IMG/VR virus record: IMGVR_UViG_3300044612_003086
Span: 1-64,000 of that record
Strand: one strand, 5' to 3'
Source of the DNA: an uncultured virus (IMG/VR IMGVR_UViG_3300044612_003086)
Taxonomy: Duplodnaviria; Heunggongvirae; Uroviricota; Caudoviricetes
Length of the DNA: 64,000 bases
Shown: positions 29,413 to 37,124 of the stretch, piece after piece
Layout of the letters: every line of letters starts with the position of its first letter
Position numbering within the stretch: position 1 is the first letter of the stretch
Made by a program: the position numbers and the translations under genes
The notes under the pieces: model-generated
Told to the model about the DNA's origin: nothing
Databases searched by the model: none
The model's input: only the letters and a program-made list of their open reading frames with translations

Positions 29413-29474
29413 AACATCTCAACGATAGTCGTATGCGAGCAGACTTATCTAGTACCCGTAGCACTTGGCGACTT

Positions 29475-29888
29475 CTATGACTGGCGTGTGTTGAGGCGAA
29501 GGTAGGCAGAGTAGGCGTAGTTGCGTTGGCGTTGGCGTTCGGCGTGTGCCCTCTCTGCGTCTGCTGGGGGCATACGGTCTATCTCATCATCAGTGGGTGC
29601 GAAGCCTATCTCCCTCTCTGCTTCTAGCATCAGTGACACAAGGCTAAGCGTGTGGGTGTCTGCGTACTCACCCGTAGCGATGTGGCAACCTTGTTCATCT
29701 AAGTCAAGTGCCAACAGTTCGCTTGCTACCTTTGAGATGAATACACCTGTGAGTTTCATCTGCGACAGGCGTTGGTGTGTGGTCAGGTGTTCGTTCGCTG
29801 TCCTCTTAGACCGAAGCAACTGTGTGTACATACTGTTGCTTGGAACGAAAGCGACAAACTCTGATGGGGTTGGCTCTTGTGTTGTCAT
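29475..29888 (-). CDS. hypothetical protein
   Basis: 137 aa ORF. Confidence 0.6.
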   Translation of the reverse strand: MTTQEPTPSEFVAFVPSNSMYTQLLRSKRTANEHLTTHQRLSQMKLTGVFISKVASELLALDLDEQGCHIATGEYADTHTLSLVSLMLEAEREIGFAPTDDEIDRMPPADAERAHAERQRQRNYAYSAYLRLNTRQS

Positions 29889-30593
29889 CTCATCTCTCTC
29901 TTGTGTTTGTGTGTGTCGTGTGTATGCGATGTGTATGAGCGAGGCTCTGCGTGGCTAAGCCCACACCAGACCCGAAACCCGACAGACCCGACAGTGCTGT
30001 TGGTTTTGTTGGCGTGTCGTGTTGCGTGTTGGATTACATCGGGTGTGTGGTCTCTCTCTCGGCGTGTGTCTTACTGAAACACTTGGATAAATCGTCTTGC
30101 TGTTTTTTGGGGTGTCGTATTCGGGTCGTGACTTATCTAGTGAGTTGTGTCGTTTTGTAATCAGCCAGAAACCATCGGCACACACTGCGAGAGACTGCTG
30201 TGTGTCCTCTGCGTGTGTGGACTTGTTGCCGACTACCCCGAGTACCGACACAAATTGCGAAAAATTGTTCGCAGTGTCGCCTCGCAGCACCTGTCTCTTG
30301 TAGCCCCGCGAAACTTTCTCGGTTGAGGCAGGGTGGGTGGGGGAGCAAAATCGCAAAAAATTCATCCCAGGTTTTTCACTTAAATTTATCCAATGCATAC
30401 AGCTCGGCCGCCAGTTTGCGGACTTTCTTCCAGTGTCTTGATTGTCTCCCATTTGCCCCCAGACAGCATGGGATGAGCCCTGTGAAGGACAAATGCATGA
30501 ATGCCCTGTCTTCGTATGCTTCAATCACGTCCGGTGAATCCGAGTACAAAGCGTCCTGTGTTTCTTTCACGGTTCAAGCGTATACTGAAATTC

Positions 30594-30824
30594 ATGCAAA
30601 CCCAATACCTGTCGTTTAATGATTTTCTTGCTGATGTCAGCATTAAGTATGAGCACCAGAAGAACGATAAATACCCACTTCGCTATGGGCAAATGTACTT
30701 CAACCTTCTGGAAGAATTCAGGCCGGCACTTGCTATCAAACTACGGGAATCACCATATGACCCGTACTACTCAGTACATGAGGAGATTCCAGAGACTCAC
30801 GCATTTGTTGAGTCGAACTGGTAA
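30594..30824 (+). CDS. hypothetical protein
   Basis: LRYGQMYFNLL...DPYY pattern; TATACT just upstream suggests a leaderless start. Confidence 0.6.
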   Translation: MQTQYLSFNDFLADVSIKYEHQKNDKYPLRYGQMYFNLLEEFRPALAIKLRESPYDPYYSVHEEIPETHAFVESNW

Positions 30825-31111
30825 CTAGCTGTTTGATTTCTTTTTTGCTAGTTGTGTTATTTGTATAACCTCAAACATTGAGCCCTTTTCCAGCAGCGAC
30901 TTAATCAGCGACTCACTAGAGAATCGTGCTATGTCGCCTCCTGTTGACTTCCTTACTGAAATCATAAAGCTCTCTTCGTTATTGGTTGTCACTTCTACTG
31001 TTCCTCCTATTAGTTCTCCGTGAATGGAGATTATTAAAGAGTGCCGGCATTTTTATTAGCATTTTCGGCACCCTAGATATATATAAAACATGTTCCGCAT
31101 TTAGGATAAAT

Positions 31112-31579
31112 TTATCTAATAAATATGTCAGCGCAGCATTTTTCACCGACATTAATTGTGAGTAATCCATAACCAATTGGTATTGATATCTCTACAAATT
31201 CCCGGGAAATTATTCCGCACAAATCACAGTCTGTGCTTTTCATCTGCTCGTGCAGCAGGGGCATGAAGTCCGGCAAACACATTGAACAGCATGCAACCTG
31301 AATTGCTGGCAGCAGTAAATGGTCAATTGTTGGTGGCACCGTATTGATGTGCGGACAGAATTTTTCTATTCTTTGGAGTAAGTCATCTAGTGCTTCGGCA
31401 ACTGCATCAGGCACATTGTCTCTTTGTACTGATTGGAATCCTCTTGGCAGCAGTTCTTCGTTGAGTTTGTCGGCTTGTTCAGCCTGTTTCTGTGTCAGCT
31501 CGGAGATGAATTTGTTCATTTCCTTTTCGCTGTCGAAATGTTTTCCATCGGGTGCGGATTTTCTAAAACGTGGGTCCAT
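31112..31579 (-). CDS. hypothetical Cys-rich protein
   Basis: 155 aa with several CxxC. Confidence 0.6.
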   Translation of the reverse strand: MDPRFRKSAPDGKHFDSEKEMNKFISELTQKQAEQADKLNEELLPRGFQSVQRDNVPDAVAEALDDLLQRIEKFCPHINTVPPTIDHLLLPAIQVACCSMCLPDFMPLLHEQMKSTDCDLCGIISREFVEISIPIGYGLLTINVGEKCCADIFIR

Positions 31580-31718
31580 TAGTGGATAAATCTATCTGAA
31601 GTAAATGCCATTTTCAAAAAAAAATTTTGGAGTGTTGCTATAGCAGTGATTGTATTTTTCATTACTTTTTGTTGGAAGTACCCGCGCCGGTCGCTCATAT
31701 TTTGAGTTTTCTTTGGCG

Positions 31719-31791
31719 TGCGCCCTCTGGGGTTCGAACCCAGGACCAACGGATTAAAAGTCCGGTGCTCTACCGGCTGAGCTAAAGGCGC
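31719..31791 (-). tRNA. tRNA-Lys(UUU)
   Basis: Cloverleaf, anticodon loop CTTTTAA, GGTTCGAA T-loop. Confidence 0.95.
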
Positions 31792-32076
31792 GAAAAACAC
31801 GCTATTTATTTCTTTTTCTTTTTCTTTTTTGATTGTTTCTGTATCTTGCGCGTAACAGAAAAAATATACACCCACATAGCAAAGCTCAAAACGAGCACAA
31901 TCTGCCAAGCTATAAAAAGAAAATTAGGCATTACTTCTCCAGTTTTTTAAGTTGGTTTTCCCTCAGCAGTCTATATGTGTCTGGGGATATGTCAAGCACC
32001 CATTTTCTTGTCGGATACTTGCGTGTCAGCCACGCCTTGTAGTCGGCCAGGGTTGGCGGAATGTCTGGGTGGGTGT

Positions 32077-32283
32077 TCATTTTTCTCCATTTATAAATGA
32101 TGCGTTGTATTCAGCATTTTTGTGGCGCCTTTGATACGAACAGTCTTCATGTTCGAGCTCGCAGTAACAGTCATAGTACGGAAACTTGGTTAAACACGTA
32201 TTACATACGGTCACATTTCCGTAATACGTGAATCCAGGTGGCTTTGTGGCGCTACAGCAGTAGTCGTCCTGTTCAGTAGTCAT
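32077..32283 (-). CDS. small Cys-rich hypothetical protein
   Basis: GAGGG RBS, overlaps upstream gene end. Confidence 0.5.
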   Translation of the reverse strand: MTTEQDDYCCSATKPPGFTYYGNVTVCNTCLTKFPYYDCYCELEHEDCSYQRRHKNAEYNASFINGEK

Positions 32284-32602
32284 GTCCCTCTAGGTCTATG
32301 TTGAATGCTTCATTTTCAAACGCTGTATAAGCATCTTTCCAAGTCTGCGGAACAGCGAAGTCTGGGTTTATCCTATCGCTGATTTGATTATTGTACAAAC
32401 ATTCTTCGGCGTAGTAGTTCCTGATTATCTTCTTTAGTCTATGTATTTCGTACGCCTGTTCAGCGATAATTCCCATAAGTTCATCGTTGACAGAGTCATT
32501 TGCTTTTATCACTTCTGCGGCTTTGGAGATTATTGACCCACCTCTACCATGTTGGAGTTTGCGAGCAATTGACTCAAGCTGTTCGATTATTTCATTAGCC
32601 AT
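32273..32602 (-). CDS. hypothetical protein
   Basis: 109 aa ORF. Confidence 0.6.
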   Translation of the reverse strand: MANEIIEQLESIARKLQHGRGGSIISKAAEVIKANDSVNDELMGIIAEQAYEIHRLKKIIRNYYAEECLYNNQISDRINPDFAVPQTWKDAYTAFENEAFNIDLEGHDY

Positions 32603-32736
32603 TAGCGGCTTTCTTTTCGTCCAGAATTTTTCCGCATACAGAACAGAAGATTACACCGCCTTTTTCGTTGCCAAGAAAGTGTTGCCAATTACCGCAGCGA
32701 TGAGGCATGCGAGATGTCAGCCAAATCCAGAAGTAT

Positions 32737-33012
32737 CTAATTTGTTCCATCTTCCCCCCAGTGTTGCTTGTCCAGCGTGGACATTAACTCATCGATTGCA
32801 CGCCACAGCTCTGGCCAGTCTCTGCGGAGCTTGGCCATCATGCGCCTGTGTCGCCTCGTATCATCGTCAATCCATGTGATTGCCATGCGAAATGCAAATA
32901 CTTTATGCAATAGCTCATGGTATTTTTCCTCAAGGTCGTCATACGCGAACATCAGAAGCTCATGTTCTGACTCAAACCCCTTGATTATGTTTTTCATTTT
33001 TTCTTTTTTCAT
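32737..33012 (-). CDS. hypothetical protein
   Basis: GAGGAGG RBS. Confidence 0.65.
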   Translation of the reverse strand: MKKEKMKNIIKGFESEHELLMFAYDDLEEKYHELLHKVFAFRMAITWIDDDTRRHRRMMAKLRRDWPELWRAIDELMSTLDKQHWGEDGTN

Positions 33013-33024
33013 TTTTCCTCCTCG

Positions 33025-33097
<73 letters not shown>

Positions 33098-33102
33098 TTT
33101 GA

Positions 33103-33384
33103 TTATAAATCTCTTGGCGGTATCGGTATTCCGCCTCCAGCCATTCTGAGGAATGTTTTTTCGTCAATAACCTCAAACGACCATGCGTCTTGAGTGAATC
33201 CATTATTTATTTCGTGCGGTCTTCTGTCAATCAACGAAATCAGTCTGCACCTAGCGATATTCCCGTCAATTTTAGTGTTTACGTACCATGTTTTTACTGG
33301 GTCTCTTGTTTGCCAAATAACATAAATGCAGTCATCGGTTTGGCCTGTTTTTGTTATTTTTCCAATTGTCCCTTTTTGTGACAT
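33103..33384 (-). CDS. hypothetical protein
   Basis: 93 aa ORF. Confidence 0.55.
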   Translation of the reverse strand: MSQKGTIGKITKTGQTDDCIYVIWQTRDPVKTWYVNTKIDGNIARCRLISLIDRRPHEINNGFTQDAWSFEVIDEKTFLRMAGGGIPIPPRDL

Positions 33385-33397
33385 GTTATTACCATTC

Positions 33398-33787
33398 TTA
33401 TTTCTCGACTACTTTATATTTTGCATAGTGCAGACTTTTTTCAGCATACTCGGGATTTAGCGTTTTACGCCATCCGCCGATAGATTCCATGAGCACACCA
33501 GGCTGTCCTGTTGCCTCGCACGTGCGAGCCGCAATCTCCTCATGTTTGGTGATTATTTCACTAAGCCTGACTGGCTCATGACATGACTCCGACACCTCGA
33601 TGTAATATCTCAACCCACCAAATTTTTGTTTCACTTGAAGGATTGTGTAATTTGGGTCTATCGCGAGAAGTTCTTTGTCGCAGTCAAGGACAATCTTGTA
33701 CCACCCCTCATCGACGTCGATGTTCTTCCACCACCCATCTTTTATTCTTTGGGCTAGTTCTCTTATTTCTATGCTTATGTTGTTCAT
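33398..33787 (-). CDS. hypothetical phage protein
   Basis: GWY...QVKQKFGGLRYY...TCEATG...GGWRKTL pattern common in phage hypotheticals. Confidence 0.75.
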   Translation of the reverse strand: MNNISIEIRELAQRIKDGWWKNIDVDEGWYKIVLDCDKELLAIDPNYTILQVKQKFGGLRYYIEVSESCHEPVRLSEIITKHEEIAARTCEATGQPGVLMESIGGWRKTLNPEYAEKSLHYAKYKVVEK

Positions 33788-33789
33788 AG

Positions 33790-33861
33790 TGGGAGCCGAG
33801 GGTCTCGAACCCTCCGCCTACTCGATGTAAACGAGTTGCTCTACCGCTGAGCTAGGCACCC
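33790..33861 (-). tRNA. tRNA-Val(UAC)
   Basis: Anticodon loop TTTACAT; one U-U mismatch in the acceptor stem. Confidence 0.9.
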
Positions 33862-33877
33862 TGCGTGTTCACCTTAG

Positions 33878-33952
33878 TGCCCCTGGTTGGAATTGAACCA
33901 ACGTGGACCGCTACGGTTTCTACACCTTATAAGAGTGAGCCGATACAGGGGC
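33878..33952 (-). ncRNA. D-armless tRNA-like RNA with UAU anticodon loop and long variable arm
   Basis: Acceptor GCCCCTG/CAGGGGC + A, T-arm GTTGG-TTCAATT-CCAAC, CACT-CTTATAA-GGTG arm, ACCG-TAG-CGGT hairpin, only about 8 nt in place of the D arm. Confidence 0.7.
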
Positions 33953-33957
33953 CAGTT

Positions 33958-34284
33958 TCACTTGAATAGCTCCACTGCCTCGGTTATTCGTTCACGCAAA
34001 GCACTCACGCTTCCAGACGACGACATTTTCCCTTGGAAAACACCTTTGTGGAAAAGAAGCAATGAAGGAATAGACATAATTTCGAAGTCCTTCGCTGTCG
34101 CCATATTGTCGTCTGTGTTGATTTTAACAAAATCTACTTTCTCACTGAATTCACCAGATAGTTCATCAAGAATTGGGGAAAGTTTTAAGCACGGTCCGCA
34201 CCATGGTGCCCAAAAATCTACAAGAACCAGCTTGTCTGATGAGTTGATAAATTCACTAAATGTTTGGTCGGTAAGTTCTAACAT
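33958..34284 (-). CDS. trxA: thioredoxin
   Basis: LVDFWAPWCGPC, IMSIPSL. Confidence 0.95.
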   Translation of the reverse strand: MLELTDQTFSEFINSSDKLVLVDFWAPWCGPCLKLSPILDELSGEFSEKVDFVKINTDDNMATAKDFEIMSIPSLLLFHKGVFQGKMSSSGSVSALRERITEAVELFK

Positions 34285-34294
34285 GATTTAAATA

Positions 34295-34753
34295 CTACTC
34301 CGTTTCATCGTAATTTTTGTCGTACATCATCTTAATTACATCTTCTGGGTAGATAAGAAAACCCTTTGCCGGGTTGTCATCTCCACCAAAATTTCTTTTT
34401 GTCTCAGGATTGAATTTATCAGGATGTTTCCTGAGAAAACGCTTTAGACGGGCTACCGATATTATTACGAACGAACCGTCCATTGCGTAAATGTATACCC
34501 ACCATTTTGCGGTTGTTACATTTATTCCGCTTGCTACCCAAACTTGCTCACCGTTTTCATCACGCGCACCGCGTGGATTTTGTTGCGTTTCCACAACCAT
34601 TCTGCCATTGCGATATCTATCGCTTTTTACTTCAAATTCCCCACCGGAGAGTGATTCAAGAAACTGAGAAATCAGTTTCTCTCCTTCCTGCCCATACGCC
34701 AGGTCGGATTTAAAATCAAATGTTCTAGCTGGTAAATCCCAAGAGTCTTTCAT
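34295..34753 (-). CDS. hypothetical protein, possible PD-(D/E)XK nuclease fold
   Basis: FEVKSD...GRMVVE...SGINVTTAKWW. Confidence 0.6.
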   Translation of the reverse strand: MKDSWDLPARTFDFKSDLAYGQEGEKLISQFLESLSGGEFEVKSDRYRNGRMVVETQQNPRGARDENGEQVWVASGINVTTAKWWVYIYAMDGSFVIISVARLKRFLRKHPDKFNPETKRNFGGDDNPAKGFLIYPEDVIKMMYDKNYDETE

Positions 34754-34795
34754 TCCTGAAAGAATACTAATTCAGCGATGGAATAACAACCGTTA

Positions 34796-35398
34796 CTACA
34801 TTCTCCAGTTGGCTAATCCGCCCTTACTATTGTTCATAATGTAACGAGCCATCATTAAATTGCAGTGCACTGTCTTAAGCCCTTGCATTCGGTTTTCGAC
34901 AGCATTGTCCCCGCATACATTTTTTACTGCCGAGTACCAACTGGAATTGATTTGCAACAATCCCGTATCGTATGAGCCGTCCTTGTTTAGAGCGTAGGTC
35001 ATGTTGCCAGCGGCATCCCACTTCGCATTTTGTGCTTTCGGGCGACAACCCGACTCCCTCCACGCAATGTATGACCATGTTTGTATTGGGTAAAGACCAT
35101 AAGCTTCGAAAACTGGCTCAAGCTTTGGGCAGCGCTTACTCGGGTCGCTTGGAACTTCTTTCCTGTGCCCCTCGTGGTCGCTTTTCACTGGTGGGAACTG
35201 CGGCAAGCTTCGCTTGGCCCTAAACCCTGGGTCGGCTTCCCTGACCTCTTGGTTTGCGGCCCACACCGGATTTTCAACTAACACCTCCTCAACCGATAAA
35301 TTGACCGAAGTGTTTGCTGTTTCCGTTGTGTTTGTCGGAATTCCAACTCCAGCTATAAAAAGGAGTATAGAAAATCCCCATCCAATAAATGTGTTCAA
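34796..35398 (-). CDS. secreted lytic transglycosylase/lysozyme-like protein
   Basis: Signal peptide; IAWRESGC catalytic-Glu motif; DTGLLQIN. Confidence 0.8.
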   Translation of the reverse strand: MNTFIGWGFSILLFIAGVGIPTNTTETANTSVNLSVEEVLVENPVWAANQEVREADPGFRAKRSLPQFPPVKSDHEGHRKEVPSDPSKRCPKLEPVFEAYGLYPIQTWSYIAWRESGCRPKAQNAKWDAAGNMTYALNKDGSYDTGLLQINSSWYSAVKNVCGDNAVENRMQGLKTVHCNLMMARYIMNNSKGGLANWRM

Positions 35399-35552
35399 TT
35401 GCTTCTCCTGTTGTCGGCGGATAAGACGTGGCGTTTAGTAAAAAGCCAATATTTGGTTTGCTTTGGTCACCCCGCCAGGGGCACTATTAATTATAACAGT
35501 TTGATTACGCCAGCTGCAACCGCGTAGCAACCAATAAAAATAAGGGTTTTAT

Positions 35553-35786
35553 CTATTGAAAGTTATCTGGTCCAAGAATCTCAAAAACAGCAAGCACTTT
35601 ACCCTGTGGCGTCGGACCGATAATAATTTCAAATTGCATTGACCGAAGTATCAGTTCGGCTATGTCTTCCGCTTGTCGTTTTGCGTCTGCAGCATCTTGC
35701 TCATCATTTTGTTTAACGGAAATATAATTTAAAATCACTTCCGCTAAATGGTCAATGACCGTGAGTCTAGATACTGGTTCTGACAT
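35553..35786 (-). CDS. hypothetical protein
   Basis: 77 aa ORF. Confidence 0.55.
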   Translation of the reverse strand: MSEPVSRLTVIDHLAEVILNYISVKQNDEQDAADAKRQAEDIAELILRSMQFEIIIGPTPQGKVLAVFEILGPDNFQ

Positions 35787-35788
35787 GG

Positions 35789-35817
35789 TTGACAGGCTAC
35801 ACCAGTTGGGCTAGGGT
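35789..35817 (+). promoter_or_regulatory. sigmaA-type promoter for ssb
   Basis: TTGACA-17-TAGGGT. Confidence 0.65.
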
Positions 35818-35848
35818 GACACGCAATATCAACCCAGTAGGAGAAGAA

Positions 35849-36331
35849 ATGAACCTAGCGCCAATAACAGTAATTGGGAACGTCACGGCGGACCCAGAGC
35901 TCACCTACACGCAAAGCGAGCAGGCCCGCCTGTCGTTTTCTGTAGCAGTTAACCACATCTGGTACGACCAGAAAAACGAAAAGCAGGAAAAGGTCAGCTA
36001 CCACAACGTAACAGCGTGGAGATACCTTGCTGAAAACACTGCACGAGTAATCGAAAAGGGCATCGGCGTCGTTGTTTATGGACGACTAGAGCAGCGCTCA
36101 TATGATGACAAGGACGGCAACAAGCGTTCAATCACGGAGATTGTCGCAGAAGACATTGGCGTACTGACTCGCTCAATTGAGACGATTACTCGTCGTGTTG
36201 GAAAGAATTCTGGTGAGGGCCAGCCTCAGCAGTCTGGCTCGCGTCAGTCGTCTCAGCAGACTGGAGCACGTCGCGCGCGACCAGCAACCGCCGCAGTGGG
36301 CGCCCCATCGGACGAACCAGAGCCATTCTGA
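35849..36331 (+). CDS. ssb: single-stranded DNA-binding protein
   Basis: ITVIGNVTADPEL, VVVYGRLEQRSY, acidic ...EPF tail; AGGAG RBS. Confidence 0.95.
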   Translation: MNLAPITVIGNVTADPELTYTQSEQARLSFSVAVNHIWYDQKNEKQEKVSYHNVTAWRYLAENTARVIEKGIGVVVYGRLEQRSYDDKDGNKRSITEIVAEDIGVLTRSIETITRRVGKNSGEGQPQQSGSRQSSQQTGARRARPATAAVGAPSDEPEPF

Positions 36332-36360
36332 GCCCAACCCCGAGATTCGGGGAAAAGTTT

Positions 36361-36406
36361 AAGCGCCTGTTAATTTGCGCCAGGGAGCGTAAAACAGGCG
36401 CTTTTT
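36361..36406 (+). terminator. intrinsic terminator
   Basis: AAGCGCCTGTT...AACAGGCGCTTTTT. Confidence 0.6.
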
Positions 36407-36520
36407 CTATGCCCAAAATCAGTTTCTGACTCTAGAAAAAATAGTCAGAAAAAGGTTGCAATCTTAAAAATCAGACATTAAGTTTGTTGCCACCTAGACC
36501 ACAGCCAAGGAGGTAGTGGA

Positions 36521-36760
36521 ATGTCAGAATACAGCAAGCTCAAAGAAAAAGGAATGGGACGCGGTCGTCCACGTCACACAGAAGAGCAGAAAGTTCAGTC
36601 AGCAGCATTGAATACAATGCGTCAGGAAGCACGTCGACGTGCGCATTTGGTTCTCAAAAGTCGTCATATCGATGAATATAACGATATCTACGAGGCTGAA
36701 TTGGGCGCGATGCAGTCAACTGAAACTACATCACGTCGCGTAAAGCGCACGCGCAAATAA
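36521..36760 (+). CDS. small basic protein with AT-hook-like GRGRPR
   Basis: AGGAGG RBS; TTGCAA-17-TAAGTT upstream. Confidence 0.7.
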   Translation: MSEYSKLKEKGMGRGRPRHTEEQKVQSAALNTMRQEARRRAHLVLKSRHIDEYNDIYEAELGAMQSTETTSRRVKRTRK

Positions 36761-36781
36761 GTTTGAGCTGAGTTGGTGGGG

Positions 36782-36964
36782 CTAAATTTGCTCGTCCAAC
36801 TCAGCTTTTCTTATTCTTTTTTCAGCGTTTGGACTAAGGTCAAGTAGAAACCTTCTTGCCCAGGTTCTTTTTTCGTTATCAGTCATTTCCCAGAAGTTCT
36901 CTGGCAACTTTTTAATTCGTTGAAGAGGTGCATCAGCCATTATCTTCTTCGCCTTTATCGTCAT
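36782..36964 (-). CDS. hypothetical protein
   Basis: Short ORF in an overlapping gene string. Confidence 0.45.
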   Translation of the reverse strand: MTIKAKKIMADAPLQRIKKLPENFWEMTDNEKRTWARRFLLDLSPNAEKRIRKAELDEQI

Positions 36965-37124
36965 TGACTAATTCGCCAGTTTTAAAACGCTTGTTTTTTG
37001 ACATATGTTCCATGATTGCTACAAGGTCCATGTGGTTTTCATAACTTGATGTCCTCATGCGGCCGTCAGCGTCTGCTATTTGGGCAAGCTGCTCTATCGA
37101 TGCTTCAAATCCAGGTGTCGTCAT
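36933..37124 (-). CDS. hypothetical protein
   Basis: Start abuts the upstream stop. Confidence 0.5.
   Translation of the reverse strand: MTTPGFEASIEQLAQIADADGRMRTSSYENHMDLVAIMEHMSKNKRFKTGELVNDDKGEEDNG

Larger units (their letters stand above)
5626..29449. promoter_or_regulatory. family of 20 promoter-like elements GATAA(G/A)TCTGC-N11-TANNNT
   Basis: Minus-strand copies start at 5626, 6414, 8020, 9156, 10769, 11889, 12395, 13258, 13863, 14432, 14787, 15672, 16798, 17346, 17915, 19098, 28978, 29422 (each 28 bp); plus-strand copies at 20058 and 26949; invariant 11-bp spacer; each lies upstream of a start codon. Confidence 0.88.
2720..30141. repeat. dispersed 11-bp repeat ACTTATCTAGT/ACTAGATAAGT (about 69 exact copies)
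   Basis: Copies at e.g. 2720, 2756, 2779, 2806, 2863, 3100, 3117, 3298, 4073, 4793, 5659, 5681, 5698, 5724, 5843, 5879, 6687, 6708, 6720, 7279, 8041, 8361, 9190, 9396, 9713, 10222, 10790, 10980, 11007, 11064 ... 27988, 28075, 28119, 28562, 29443, 30131; none seen before 2720 or after 30141. Confidence 0.97.
2492..30308. repeat. alternating inverted 7-mers CGGGGCT / AGCCCCG with subterminal ACTT-N4-5-CCGACCACCCCG motif
   Basis: CGGGGCT at 2492, 6626, 9359, 10956, 12555, 13463, 14914, 15846, 17600, 17989, 19305, 26873, 28172; AGCCCCG at 5833, 9336, 10933, 12531, 13431, 13952, 14890, 15822, 17553, 17957, 19272, 20649, 30302. Confidence 0.9.

Noticed and set aside
2720..30141. 11-mer repeats as a CRISPR array
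   Set aside because: The repeat is too short, spacing is irregular, both orientations occur, copies lie inside genes, and no cas genes are present.
31579..31908. ORFs overlapping tRNA genes (also 33887-34291, 51459-51641, 53196-53432)
   Set aside because: These are shadow translations of tRNA sequence or antisense frames of real genes.
35400..35520. Riboswitch (c-di-AMP type) upstream of the transglycosylase
   Set aside because: The context fits and some pairing exists, but I could not match the conserved core; needs an Rfam/Infernal scan.
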